Notes under the pieces: model-generated
The model's database searches: none
Seen by the model: only the letters and a program-made list of their open reading frames with translations
What the model was told of the DNA's origin: nothing
Program-made: the position numbers and the translations under genes
DNA from: an uncultured Pseudomonadota bacterium
Lineage (GTDB): Bacteria > Pseudomonadota > Alphaproteobacteria > Rs-D84
Direction of reading: 5' to 3'
Length of the DNA: 64,000 bases
Assembly (NCBI GenBank): GCA_902787305.1
Contig: CADAFS010000001.1
Span: forward strand, 16,980-80,979
Part shown: in pieces, positions 53,921-63,817 of the stretch
How positions within the stretch are numbered: the first letter of the stretch is position 1
Layout: every line of letters starts with the position of its first letter

Positions 53921-55001
53921 ATTCTTTTGGCATAAGGATATACATTTCGCCTTGGGAATGTTGGCCGTGCGCGTATTTATATGCTTCATCGCCCTTGCCA
54001 AAGAATATATCGGCGCGAACGAAACCGCGTATCGCACTGCCGGTGTCTTGGGCAATCATAAGGCGTCTAAATTTTTGTCCGTCCGAAAGGGTTGTGTCGA
54101 CGTATACGGGCAAACCCAACGTATAGAGCGAATCGTCCATCGCGATACTGCGTATTTTTGAAAGTGGTGTCCCAAGTTTTCCAATCACATCCGGTGGCAC
54201 CGATTCATAGAAATATACATACCGCGGATTGTTATAGATTACTTCGCGTGCAAGTTTTGGATTTTTCTTTAAATGTTTCCAAACCGCGTCTGCCGAATAA
54301 CCGCCTTCGGGTTTTATGCCACGGTTGCGCAATTGTTCGCCAATAGATTTGAATGGCATATCATTTACGGCGGCAAAGTTTAGTTTTACCATTTTGCCGT
54401 CATCAAGTTTTAACATACCGCTGCCTTGGATTTGTATGTTTTGCACATCGACGATGTTCGCCCAATAAAGAACACGGCCAATTTTATCCCGGACGATTTT
54501 TTCCTTTGGTACGCCACGAAAGTTTTGACCGTTGGTTGGAACGCCCATAAGTGGTTCGTTGCATTCGGCGGTTTTTGTCCTGCATGCCGGGATTATCGGC
54601 GAATAATATCCGGTAAACGTCCCCCGCGTACTTCCATTGTCATTATATATTTTATATGGTTGGAAATGTGATTCGAACCACGCGCGCACCGTTTCGGTGT
54701 CGGCACTGGCACTGGGCAGCATATTGCATTTTTCTTGGAATAATGCGCGGTCGGGTATTACGCGGCCGGTGTATTGAATTTTTGCCTTGCACGAATTACG
54801 AAACGCCTGGAGTGCATATCGCACATCGTCATCCCGCCATCCGGGCAGGTCCGAATAAGACACTTTTTTCAAATTTTCGGACGGAATCGTCGAATCGTCG
54901 CCCGTGTGCGTTGGTGTCGAAACATCGCAAGACGCCAGCACCGTGCCCGCGATAACCAGTAAAATTCCCCTTTTTACCAGTTTAATTATGTTTGTTGTCA
55001 T
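53898..55001 (-). CDS. mltA: Membrane-bound lytic murein transglycosylase A
   Basis: Lipoprotein-type signal (VLASC). MltA core and 3D domain (IAQDTGSAIRGFVRADIFFGKGDEA). Confidence 0.85.
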   Translation of the reverse strand: MTTNIIKLVKRGILLVIAGTVLASCDVSTPTHTGDDSTIPSENLKKVSYSDLPGWRDDDVRYALQAFRNSCKAKIQYTGRVIPDRALFQEKCNMLPSASADTETVRAWFESHFQPYKIYNDNGSTRGTFTGYYSPIIPACRTKTAECNEPLMGVPTNGQNFRGVPKEKIVRDKIGRVLYWANIVDVQNIQIQGSGMLKLDDGKMVKLNFAAVNDMPFKSIGEQLRNRGIKPEGGYSADAVWKHLKKNPKLAREVIYNNPRYVYFYESVPPDVIGKLGTPLSKIRSIAMDDSLYTLGLPVYVDTTLSDGQKFRRLMIAQDTGSAIRGFVRADIFFGKGDEAYKYAHGQHSQGEMYILMPKEYVYVKPK

Positions 55002-55081
55002 TTTTTTTATCCCCCCACTTGTAAAATTCCCCTTGTATGCTATATTATCATAAAACGAGTCATAAAAAAAGGAGCAATCGC

Positions 55082-55522
55082 ATGGCTAAGTTCAATATTA
55101 TATCTCAGTTCTTGAAAGACATTTCTTTCGAAAGCCCAAATGTGCCGGATTTATTCTTTAAACAGGATAATGGCCAGGCCGAATTGGAAATCAATATCGA
55201 TATGCAGGTCAAAGGGTCGGAAAAAAATCTGTTTATGGTTGATTTGATTACAAAAATTCATTCGAAATTAAAGGCCGATTCGAAGTCTATATTTTTGATA
55301 GAGGCGACATATTCCGGTCTTGTGCAGATGGAAGAAGAAAAAGATGAAGAAAAGAAAAAACGCACACTGTTGATTGATGTGCCGACATTGTTGTTCCCGG
55401 CGGTGCGCGCATTGGTGACACGCCTTACGGCCGAATCCGGATTTCCACCGTTTGCAATGCAGATGGTTGATTTCGCAGATTTGTATGAAAAGCGGAATCA
55501 AAAGCAAGCCGAAGCAAAATAA
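55082..55522 (+). CDS. secB: Protein-export chaperone SecB
   Basis: FNIISQFLKDISFESPNVP..., LLFPAVRALVTRLTAESGFPPFAMQMVDF. Confidence 0.9.
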   Translation: MAKFNIISQFLKDISFESPNVPDLFFKQDNGQAELEINIDMQVKGSEKNLFMVDLITKIHSKLKADSKSIFLIEATYSGLVQMEEEKDEEKKKRTLLIDVPTLLFPAVRALVTRLTAESGFPPFAMQMVDFADLYEKRNQKQAEAK

Positions 55523-55528
55523 GAAAAA

Positions 55529-55550
55529 CGCACCGAATGGTGCGTTTTTT
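55529..55550 (+). terminator. Intrinsic terminator after secB
   Basis: CGCACC-GAAT-GGTGCG followed by TTTTTT. Confidence 0.8.
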
Positions 55551-55705
55551 AGTGTTAGTGGTCAGTGTAAGTGGGTAGTGAACCACACCCCGCCCCGTTC
55601 CACGGGGCACCTCTCTAGCCAGAGGGGAACTTTGCTTTCTGGAATAAATCTGTAATTACGAACAAATTCCAGAGCTCACTAACCACTTACATTAACACTA
55701 ACCAC
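55551..55705. mobile_element. MITE-like element: ~30-bp heptad-array inverted termini flanking a GC-rich double hairpin and a TCTGGAAT/ATTCCAGA core
   Basis: Left arm AGTGTTAGTGGTCAGTGTAAGTGGGTAGTGA. The reverse complement of the right arm is AGTGGTTAGTGTTAATGTAAGTGGTTAGTGA. Internal sequence CCCCGTTCCACGGGG and CTCTCTAGCCAGAGGGG. No ORF. Confidence 0.6.
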
Positions 55706-55764
55706 TTTTTGCGTTTCGGTCGTTTTTGTGATATATTTATCAGGGTAGGGGGAAAGTTAGTTTA

Positions 55765-56955
55765 ATGGCCAAAGATAAATATATCTCTATGCGAAGTTCG
55801 CTTAGTGGGTTTTCTTTCGCGAATCTTGGTATTTTTACCGGATTTGCCGATGGTATTTATAATGCCGTTTATTCCCTTGTTATCTTGGAAATTTTTATGA
55901 ATTCCGCGGTTGTTGGTGTCTATGTCGCGATTTATTCGGTGTTCTGTATGATTGTCGCGTTGTTCGCGCATGAGATTTTTCGCCAATTTTCCAAGACTAA
56001 GGTTTTTTATTTCGCACTGTTGATGTTGGTTGTGTGCTATGCGATGATGGGTTTTTCCGTGTTGCCACGAACGTTTATTGTTTTGGATTATACAAGTGGC
56101 TTTGCAATCACGCTTACCGCGATGTTGGTGCCACTGTTTATGTCAGATTTTTCGCGTGATGTTGGTATGGCGCGGCTAAATTCGCGGTATCATTTGTGGA
56201 TGAATATTGGTGCGCTGTTCGCGCCGATGTTGGCGGTGATTGTTGCCACCCGATTCGGTAATCGGTCGGCGTTCTTTTTGTCATCGGCGATTTATTTGGG
56301 GGCCTGGGTGTTTTTTAGGTATTTTCATTTAACCCAAGAAGACAAAGTTATAAAACCCGTTAGTCCGCGTCGGACGGTACGCGCACTTTGGCGCAACACG
56401 ATGAATTTTTTCAAAACGCCGGGAATGAAGCGCGCGTACATCGTGAATTTTGGATATTATTCGTTGCGGGCGATGCGTCTTTTGTATGTGCCGATTGTGG
56501 TGATAGAGGCCGGATTTACCAAGGATACATTGGGGTTGATTTTAAGTTTCGGTATTGTGCCATATTTGATTTTATCAGAAATTATGGGGCGTTTGGTGCG
56601 AAAATTTGGAAAAAGTATATGGTTGGTTTTGGGTTTCGGTTCGTTTGCGGCGTTTTCGGTATGGGCGACATTTGCGACCGGTTTCCCACTGCTTGCCATA
56701 TTTGTGTTGTGGCAGATTTCCGGCGCCCTTATGGAACCGGTGCATGATTTGTTATTCTTTGATGGAACAAAGCAGGCGCAACAGACAAAGTTTTATGGTG
56801 TGTTTCGCACAAGTTGCAATTTGCCAAGTGTGATTGCCCCCGGTATTGGCGCGGCATGTATTGCGGCGTTCGGAACAACCGCGGCGGTGTGGTGGGTGAC
56901 GGCCATAATAGGCGTGATTTCGATTGCGGTATTGATGGCAAGAAAAAGAGTGTAA
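55765..56955 (+). CDS. MFS transporter
   Basis: 396 aa with about 12 hydrophobic segments, typical of the major facilitator layout. Confidence 0.8.
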   Translation: MAKDKYISMRSSLSGFSFANLGIFTGFADGIYNAVYSLVILEIFMNSAVVGVYVAIYSVFCMIVALFAHEIFRQFSKTKVFYFALLMLVVCYAMMGFSVLPRTFIVLDYTSGFAITLTAMLVPLFMSDFSRDVGMARLNSRYHLWMNIGALFAPMLAVIVATRFGNRSAFFLSSAIYLGAWVFFRYFHLTQEDKVIKPVSPRRTVRALWRNTMNFFKTPGMKRAYIVNFGYYSLRAMRLLYVPIVVIEAGFTKDTLGLILSFGIVPYLILSEIMGRLVRKFGKSIWLVLGFGSFAAFSVWATFATGFPLLAIFVLWQISGALMEPVHDLLFFDGTKQAQQTKFYGVFRTSCNLPSVIAPGIGAACIAAFGTTAAVWWVTAIIGVISIAVLMARKRV

Positions 56956-57052
56956 GTGGTAAGTGTTAGTGGTTAGTGGCTAGTTCACACAGTGAAGGAA
57001 ACTACCCCACCGGCTTTGCCGGTCCCCCCCTTCACACAGTGAAGGGGAATAA
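56950..57052. repeat. Heptad array plus GC-rich double-hairpin repeat, overlapping the MFS stop codon
   Basis: GTGTAAGTGGTAAGTGTTAGTGGTTAGTGGCTAGT, then TTCACACAGTGAAGG, CCGGCTTTGCCGG, CCCCTTCACACAGTGAAGGGG. Confidence 0.75.
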
Positions 57053-57116
57053 AAAAATAAATTGCATAGTGTTTTTTTTGCGGTATCATACGGGGCGTAT
57101 AGCAAAGGAAGTTATT

Positions 57117-58190
57117 ATGGCAAAGAAAGAAACGGCGGCGGCCACGACGGGCGCGAAAAATCCGGCACTTGAATCGGCACTTGCACAAATTCAAAAGCAA
57201 TTCGGTAAAGAAGCAATTATGAAAATGGGCGATGGTTCGCAACAAAATATAGAGGCGATTTCTTCGGGGTCATTGGGGCTTGATATCGCACTGGGGATTG
57301 GCGGTTATCCGCGCGGACGTATCGTTGAAATCTATGGCCCGGAAAGCAGTGGTAAAACAACGCTTGCACTGCACGCGGTGGCCGAAGCGCAAAAGAAGGG
57401 CGGCACGTGTGCGTATATCGATGCGGAAAATGCGCTGGACCCAAGTTATGCGAAAAAGTTGGGTGTGGATGTTGCAAACCTTATTATATCGCAACCTGAT
57501 TCGGGGGAACAGGCGTTGGAAATTGCGGATACACTTATTAAATCCGGGGCGGTCGATGTTGTGGTTATCGATTCGGTTGCGGCATTGGTGCCCAAGGCGG
57601 AATTAGAGGGCAACATTGGCGACAGTTTCGTTGGAACGACCGCACGACTTATGAGTCAATCACTCAAAAAACTTGCGGGGTCGGTGTCGCGCAGTAATAC
57701 TTTGCTTATCTTTATCAATCAGATTCGTATGAAGATTGGCGTAATGTTCGGAAACCCTGAAACAACCAGTGGTGGTAATGCACTAAAATTCTATGCTTCG
57801 GTGCGACTTGATATTCGGCGCACGGGCGCAATCAAGGACAAGGAAAATGTCATCGGAAACGAAACGCGGGTCAAGGTTGTGAAAAATAAAGTTGCGCCGC
57901 CTTTCCGCACTGTTGATTTCAAGATTATGTATGGCGAAGGAATTTCGCGGATAAGTGAAATCTTGGATATGGGTGTGAAATATGACTTTATCGATAAGGC
58001 GGGCAGTTTTTATTCGTACAATAATGAACGCATAGGCCAAGGCGAAGCGAATGCGCGCCAATGGCTAAAAGACCATCCAGAAGCGCAACAAGAATTGTTG
58101 GATAAAATTATGGCGCGTGCGGGTGGTATTGCCGAAGAAATGACGACCGGTCCGTCGGACGATGCGGACGAAAGTGTGATGGAAGAATAA
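57117..58190 (+). CDS. recA: Recombinase RecA
   Basis: [19 protein letters not shown], Walker [27 protein letters not shown]. The ATG at 57117 has the RBS AAGGAAG. Confidence 0.97.
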   Translation: MAKKETAAATTGAKNPALESALAQIQKQFGKEAIMKMGDGSQQNIEAISSGSLGLDIALGIGGYPRGRIVEIYGPESSGKTTLALHAVAEAQKKGGTCAYIDAENALDPSYAKKLGVDVANLIISQPDSGEQALEIADTLIKSGAVDVVVIDSVAALVPKAELEGNIGDSFVGTTARLMSQSLKKLAGSVSRSNTLLIFINQIRMKIGVMFGNPETTSGGNALKFYASVRLDIRRTGAIKDKENVIGNETRVKVVKNKVAPPFRTVDFKIMYGEGISRISEILDMGVKYDFIDKAGSFYSYNNERIGQGEANARQWLKDHPEAQQELLDKIMARAGGIAEEMTTGPSDDADESVMEE

Positions 58191-58195
58191 CTTGT

Positions 58196-58222
58196 TCGGG
58201 CGGCGTTTGTCGCCCGATGCTT
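58196..58222 (+). terminator. Hairpin after recA (weak T-tract)
   Basis: TCGGGCG-N8-CGCCCGA followed by TGCTTT. Confidence 0.45.
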
Positions 58223-58241
58223 TAATCAAAAGGGGGCGGGT

Positions 58242-59141
58242 ATGAATATAGCAAAGATGTGGGCGATGACGCGTGTTGTGATGTTGGGGCATGTGTTTAA
58301 CCCGCTTTGGCGGTCGCGTGCGCATCGGCGCGCGGTGCGCAGTGATGTGATTTCGCGGATTATTCCGGATTATTTTAAACGATATTTGCCGGCGGCCGCC
58401 GCGATTCCGGAACGTGCGGTTGTGCATGATGATGAACATGAAAAAATTTTTACGATTTGGTTGCAAGGCGAAGAAAACGCGCCCGATTTGGTAAAGGCAT
58501 GTTTTCGTAGTGTGCGACGGCATTGTGAACAAGAACTGGTTGTGCTGGATGAAAATACGGTCTTTGATTATATTACTTTGCCCCAGGAAATTGTTGAAAA
58601 ATATCGTGCGGGTAAAATTGCGCGTGCACATTTTGCGGATATTTGTCGTGTGGAACTTTTGTATGAACATGGTGGATTTTGGCTTGATTCAACCGGCTTT
58701 GTGACCGCACCAATTCCAGATTGGATTCAAAAACAAGATTTCTTTGTTTATATGGCCGGGCAACATGTAGGCAGTCCGTATAGTTTTATGCAAAACTGTT
58801 TTATTCGTGCACGCAAGGGTGCATATTTGCTTGATGCATGGCGGGCGATGATTTTGGATTATTGGATGCATGAAAATCACAACTTTGATTATTTTATGCA
58901 TCAATTGTTGTTCAAAACATTGGTTCAAAACGATACGCGTGCAAAAAAGTATTTCGCTGAAATGCCACATGTTGACCAAGATCCAACGCATATGCTGTGG
59001 TGGGATTATAAAGACAAACCGTTTGATGCGGATACTTTTAATCGTGTGACGGCGGGTGCATTTTTTCAGAAACTGACCTATCGTGGGTCGGATAAACCGG
59101 TGCCGGGGTCGTTTGCGGACGAAATAATAAATAAAATGTAG
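58242..59141 (+). CDS. Capsular polysaccharide synthesis protein family (Caps_synth-like glycosyltransferase)
   Basis: IFTIWLQGEENAPDLVKACFRSVRRHC...LPQEIVEKYRAGKIARAHFADICRVELLYEHGGFWLDST. Confidence 0.75.
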   Translation: MNIAKMWAMTRVVMLGHVFNPLWRSRAHRRAVRSDVISRIIPDYFKRYLPAAAAIPERAVVHDDEHEKIFTIWLQGEENAPDLVKACFRSVRRHCEQELVVLDENTVFDYITLPQEIVEKYRAGKIARAHFADICRVELLYEHGGFWLDSTGFVTAPIPDWIQKQDFFVYMAGQHVGSPYSFMQNCFIRARKGAYLLDAWRAMILDYWMHENHNFDYFMHQLLFKTLVQNDTRAKKYFAEMPHVDQDPTHMLWWDYKDKPFDADTFNRVTAGAFFQKLTYRGSDKPVPGSFADEIINKM

Positions 59142-59150
59142 GAATAAAAT

Positions 59151-60167
59151 ATGCCGAAAATATCAATAATTATTCCAATGTACAATGTCGAAAAATACCT
59201 GCGGCGGTGTTTGGACAGTGTGCAAAATCAGACGTTTTCGGATTTTCAGGCAATTTGTGTTGATGATGGTTCGCCGGATAATTCGGGGCAAATCGCCGAA
59301 GAATACGCGGCACGCGATAATCGTTTTATTGTCGTGCACAAAGAAAATGGCGGTTTGTCCGATGCGCGCAATGCCGGTATGCCGTATGCAACTGGTGAAT
59401 ACATTATGTATTTGGACAGTGATGATTTTATTCATCCACAAACAATGGAAATTGCGTATGCGATGGCCCGGCGGGATAAGGCGGATATTGTTGCATATAC
59501 TTATGACCGATTTTATCGTCCGCAATTGATGGTGTATCATAAATTGGGTTTGAATACTGATAATGTTCGGCCACTGGGGATTAGGAAAAAATATAATGTT
59601 GCAAAAATAAAATCGCGCGTGACGGATGATGTGTTCGAATATGCAACTGAACGTGTGCATAATAAATTTAATAAAAATCGTAAATGGTTGATTAAACATT
59701 GTCAGGTTTGGAAAAATATGTATCGGCGGGAACTGATTGCGGATACGCCTTTTATAAAGGGAATTTTGTTTGAAGATTTTCCGTGGTGGAGTGAGGTTAT
59801 GTTAAAAAATCCACGTGTGTCGATTATAAATTTGCCGCTTTATTATTATATACCAAACTTTGGTGGAATCGTATTGTCGGCAAAACAATTGCGGATTATG
59901 CAATCGCTCTGTACAGGGATTTCCCATGCATACAGCGTTTATAAAAAATCAGCAACCGATTATCAGATGAAAAAATGGCAAGAACAATTTATGTGGTATT
60001 TTGTGAATTGGGCTTTTCGAAAAATAAAATATTTGAAGTCGGATGATGAATTAAAAGTTGCGCGTGAAATTTTTGCAGGTTTGAAAGATTCTGGGGTGTT
60101 TGATAATGTGCCGAATGAATGGTTCGAATTGCGGAATCAAATTTATGAATTTGTTGGGGAATGTTAG
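59151..60167 (+). CDS. Glycosyltransferase family 2 (copy 1)
   Basis: ISIIIPMYNVEKYLRRCLDSVQNQTFSDFQAICVDDGSPDNSG...YLDSDDF. Confidence 0.9.
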   Translation: MPKISIIIPMYNVEKYLRRCLDSVQNQTFSDFQAICVDDGSPDNSGQIAEEYAARDNRFIVVHKENGGLSDARNAGMPYATGEYIMYLDSDDFIHPQTMEIAYAMARRDKADIVAYTYDRFYRPQLMVYHKLGLNTDNVRPLGIRKKYNVAKIKSRVTDDVFEYATERVHNKFNKNRKWLIKHCQVWKNMYRRELIADTPFIKGILFEDFPWWSEVMLKNPRVSIINLPLYYYIPNFGGIVLSAKQLRIMQSLCTGISHAYSVYKKSATDYQMKKWQEQFMWYFVNWAFRKIKYLKSDDELKVAREIFAGLKDSGVFDNVPNEWFELRNQIYEFVGEC

Positions 60168-61175
60168 ATGCGACCGAAAATATCGATAATTATTCCGATG
60201 TATAATGTCGAAAAATACCTGCGGCGGTGTTTGGACAGTGTGCAAAATCAGACATTTTCGGATTTTCAGGCAATTTGTGTTGATGATGGTTCGCCGGACA
60301 ATTCGGGGCAAATCGCCGAAGAATATGCGAAAAAAGATAATCGTTTTATTGTCGGGCACAAAGAAAACGGCGGGCAATCAGATGCGCGAAATTTTGGAAC
60401 GAAAATTGCAAAAGGTGATTTTGTTTTATACCTTGATAGTGATGATTTTATTCATCCACAAACTTTAGAGATATTGTATAAATCGGTGGTTGATAATAAT
60501 GCCGATATGGTTGTTTTTAAGTTTGATATGACCGCGCGAAAACAAATGGGAAAAATGTTGGCGGCGGGTGTGGATATTTCAAATTTTGTGCCGAAGTTGT
60601 TTGATAAAAAATATGATGTAAAAAAAATTCCACATGTTGTGACCGATAACATACTTGGGTATGCGACCGAACGTGCACATGCGTTGGGGCGATTTACAGT
60701 TAAAAAATGTTATCCGGTGCTAAAAATGTTACGGCGCGATTTGGCGAAAAAATGTAAATTTATTACTGGGATAGTTATTGAAGATTTCCCATGGTGGATT
60801 GACATAATGTTTGCGCGGCCACGGACGGTCATATTGGATGCGCCACTTTATTTTTATGTGCCAAATTCGGGGTCAAGTTTGCATACGGCAAAGGTAATGT
60901 TTATGATTGAATGTATTTGTGTCGGTTTAAAACATGCGTATGGCGTGTGCGCGGGTGTTGCAACCCCGAAAGAGGCACGGCGATTTAATGCGGAATTTTT
61001 GTGGCCTTTTATAATTACGATGAAACGTTCGGCGGCGGTTATAGAAAATAAAAAAGATATTGCGCGAATAAAGCAGTTGTTTATGGAAATGCGTGATATG
61101 GGAATGCTTGGAAATCCGGTAAGGATGCGTGCAAAAAAGTATAAACGGCGTATAGAAAAATTTATATCGCGGTAG
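60168..61175 (+). CDS. Glycosyltransferase family 2 (copy 2, tandem paralog)
   Basis: The same N-terminal Rossmann/DXD region (nearly identical DNA for about 190 nt), then a diverged C-terminal half. It starts 1 nt after the copy 1 stop. Confidence 0.9.
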   Translation: MRPKISIIIPMYNVEKYLRRCLDSVQNQTFSDFQAICVDDGSPDNSGQIAEEYAKKDNRFIVGHKENGGQSDARNFGTKIAKGDFVLYLDSDDFIHPQTLEILYKSVVDNNADMVVFKFDMTARKQMGKMLAAGVDISNFVPKLFDKKYDVKKIPHVVTDNILGYATERAHALGRFTVKKCYPVLKMLRRDLAKKCKFITGIVIEDFPWWIDIMFARPRTVILDAPLYFYVPNSGSSLHTAKVMFMIECICVGLKHAYGVCAGVATPKEARRFNAEFLWPFIITMKRSAAVIENKKDIARIKQLFMEMRDMGMLGNPVRMRAKKYKRRIEKFISR

Positions 61176-61998
61176 TTTTGAATCTTTTTGGAATTTTTAC
61201 AACCCACTTTAATCCCATCATTCCAGGTTTGCCGGGTGCGTATATTGGACGGAATATGCGTTGCATAACGCGGGCGGTTTTTATGAAAGATTCGCCGTGT
61301 GCGGTTTTGGTTGTGACCGCGTTTATTGTTCCGTTTCCGCGGCGTCGCAGGTGATTTACCCAATCGGCACCACGTTTTTCTGCCTTCTTAATCAACATAT
61401 TCATATCAACCGCGCCAAAGTGAAGCAGATATAAATTTTTATCAATGTGAAAATTTTTGCCTTTGACATGATGAAAACCACTGCCCCAACGGGCGGGGCG
61501 GAATAAAACAACTGGCTTTGTGTATCGTGTGGAAAGCAGGGCATATTCGCGTTGTGATAACATTAGTTTTGATGTGTCGATTGGTTTTTCCGTTTTCATA
61601 TTTTGCCCAATGTCGAATCCAAGTCCGGAAACGGTTGTTTTGTATTTTGATTCGGATAGATATTCGCGAAGTGATTTTTTTGCATTCGGGTCAACGATTA
61701 AAAATTCGTCCGAATCGCAACCGATTACAATATCATAAGTTTTGAATAATTCATTTGCTAAATCCGAAATTTTTCCGATTCTGTATTTATCGCCCGCGGT
61801 GCGTGACATATCCGTGTGCGGCAGTTTTATTATGTTTGCGCCGTTTGCATTTTTTGGTGCGTCTTGGTCGGTTCCATCAAGAATTATATAAAGGTTTTCA
61901 TTTCCCAATTCGTGGCCGTAATATTCAACCCACCGCGATAGAAAAAATTCATCATTTCGTGCCATTGTGATGGCGGCAATTTTTTTTAGTTTTTGCAC
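61162..61998 (-). CDS. Glycosyltransferase family 2-like protein (Glyco_tranf_2_4-like)
   Basis: AAITMARNDEFFLSRWVEYYG...YIILDGTDQ...GCDSDEFLIV. Confidence 0.6.
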   Translation of the reverse strand: MQKLKKIAAITMARNDEFFLSRWVEYYGHELGNENLYIILDGTDQDAPKNANGANIIKLPHTDMSRTAGDKYRIGKISDLANELFKTYDIVIGCDSDEFLIVDPNAKKSLREYLSESKYKTTVSGLGFDIGQNMKTEKPIDTSKLMLSQREYALLSTRYTKPVVLFRPARWGSGFHHVKGKNFHIDKNLYLLHFGAVDMNMLIKKAEKRGADWVNHLRRRGNGTINAVTTKTAHGESFIKTARVMQRIFRPIYAPGKPGMMGLKWVVKIPKRFKTTAI

Positions 61999-62834
61999 AG
62001 CAACCTCGATATAACATATTTTGTTTTACGCAATAAGATTTTAACAGGATTTTTTGTTAAAAGCCAATTTATATATTCGGTTCCGAATGTGTCGCGCGCG
62101 GCGGATAAAACATCATCGCGCAATTTTTTTGGAACATGGTTTAGAACATATAAAATTTGTCGCCCGTATGCGCCGAAATGCCGCGTAAAGGAAAGTTTTT
62201 TGATAAACGGCATACGGATTTTATAAAGGTGTTTGACCCGATTATAAATTCCCCGATTGTATATGTTGTAAAGGCATTTCCATGCAATTTTATGTCCGTT
62301 TAATTTGCGTGTGAACCCGTTTTCGTAAAGCGCGGTCACCACTGTTTTGCTTTCGACCTTTTTTACTGACATGATAAAATCGTTGAACCAATCTGATAGA
62401 AATACAGTTGGGCGCATACCGATAAACCAAGATTGAATGTGTTGAAATTTGCCGCCTGTTTTTTTAACCATACCGAATGCATCGGTGCCGAAAGATTCCA
62501 TCTTGTTTAGGTATTCACCGATATCAAACAATGGGCCATATACGCTGTCGTTCACCATATACATAAAATCATAGGTTGATAAATTTGTGTTTTCGGTCGC
62601 CCAAATATATGCGCGCTTGTATGAACCAAAATCATATTCGCCGTGGCGTGCGCCGGCGACATATAGGCAATAAGGTTTGGCCTTGGCAATTTCAGATTCG
62701 TTGCAATCAGAATCCATAACCAAAACACAATCACCGTATTTTGCAAATGACTTTACCAAATGAATTAATGCGGAATTTATTTTCCCACATTTGTCGTATC
62801 CGGCGATTAAGAATAGGCGTTTGATTTTTTGCAT
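61986..62834 (-). CDS. Rhamnan-synthesis protein F (RgpF)-like glycosyltransferase
   Basis: KRLFLIAGYDKCGKINSALIHLVKSF...VMDSD...GEYDFGSYKRAY...MVNDSVYGPL...HIQSWFIG. Confidence 0.7.
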   Translation of the reverse strand: MQKIKRLFLIAGYDKCGKINSALIHLVKSFAKYGDCVLVMDSDCNESEIAKAKPYCLYVAGARHGEYDFGSYKRAYIWATENTNLSTYDFMYMVNDSVYGPLFDIGEYLNKMESFGTDAFGMVKKTGGKFQHIQSWFIGMRPTVFLSDWFNDFIMSVKKVESKTVVTALYENGFTRKLNGHKIAWKCLYNIYNRGIYNRVKHLYKIRMPFIKKLSFTRHFGAYGRQILYVLNHVPKKLRDDVLSAARDTFGTEYINWLLTKNPVKILLRKTKYVISRLLCKN

Positions 62835-62837
62835 TTT

Positions 62838-63710
62838 TTAATCAATGTGTTTTGTGCATATGTTTATACCAAATAAATAATACTTTTTCTTTTTTGTATA
62901 CATATCTGTTCTGAAAAAAGTTTTATTAAATATTTGATATTTATTTTGGTGATACGGTTCTTCTTTCTTTGTTAAAAGTTCGGTTGCGCCATGTTCATAT
63001 ATAAATTTATTGTATCGTTCAAATGCTTTTTTTGTGTCCTCTGAAATACTATGTTTAATTTTATTTTTGTTTTTGCCAAGTGCGGTTGGGGTGTTCACGA
63101 CATTGTATCGTGCGCCCGGGACAGTGGCAACAGTGTTCGCCAGAATAATCGCAGATTTTGAAAAAATTAAATCTTGGGCACCAAGGACAGCGGGTTCAAA
63201 TAGTAAATCGTTTTCGCGTAAAAAATTTGTTTTGTAAACATAACGCCATGCAGGATTAAATTGGTTTGCGCGTGTTTTTTGAATTTTGTCTTTTAAATCT
63301 GTGCAAATTTCTATGGCATTAAATTCGGGAAAATTGTAATCGGGTTGGTTGACTTCGCCACATAAAATATCCGCGTTTGTTATGTCGGCGGCATTAGCCA
63401 TTTTTTCATAGTAATCAAGATTTACAAAATCATCATGATCATGAAAGTGTATATAAGCCCCCGTGGCGGCCGCAAGTCCATTGTTTGACGCAATGGAAAC
63501 ACCGGCGTTTTTTTGATGGATTAGTTTTATTCGTTTGTCCGTTTTTGCATATGTTTTTACTATGTCGGCACATAAATCCGAACTGCCATCATCGACTATG
63601 ATGATTTCAAGATTACTATATGTTTGGTGAACCAAGTGTTCCAATGTTTTTGATATGAATTTTTCGGCGTTGTACATCGGGACAACAACGGATATTTTTG
63701 TTTCTTTCAT
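62838..63710 (-). CDS. Glycosyltransferase family 2
   Basis: ISVVVPMYNAEKFISKTLEHLVHQTYSNLEIIIVDDGSSD...FHDHDDF. Confidence 0.9.
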   Translation of the reverse strand: MKETKISVVVPMYNAEKFISKTLEHLVHQTYSNLEIIIVDDGSSDLCADIVKTYAKTDKRIKLIHQKNAGVSIASNNGLAAATGAYIHFHDHDDFVNLDYYEKMANAADITNADILCGEVNQPDYNFPEFNAIEICTDLKDKIQKTRANQFNPAWRYVYKTNFLRENDLLFEPAVLGAQDLIFSKSAIILANTVATVPGARYNVVNTPTALGKNKNKIKHSISEDTKKAFERYNKFIYEHGATELLTKKEEPYHQNKYQIFNKTFFRTDMYTKKKKYYLFGINICTKHID

Positions 63711-63817
63711 AATGTACCTTTGTTAATTGCATTTTGATTATACCTGAAACATTTTCTAAAATCAAAATAGAATTTTATTCCTGGACTTATGAATTTTTTT
63801 CTTGTAGTTTTTTTGTG

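Noticed and set aside
52491-57052. Heptad arrays and hairpin repeats as a possible CRISPR array
   Set aside because: The units are 7 nt with no unique spacers of regular length, the repeats are scattered at different loci, and no cas genes are present.
56976-57116. N-terminal 47-codon extension of the recA ORF
   Set aside because: It reads through the heptad/GC-hairpin repeat. The canonical RecA N-terminus (MAKKE...[11 protein letters not shown]) starts at 57117 with a good RBS.
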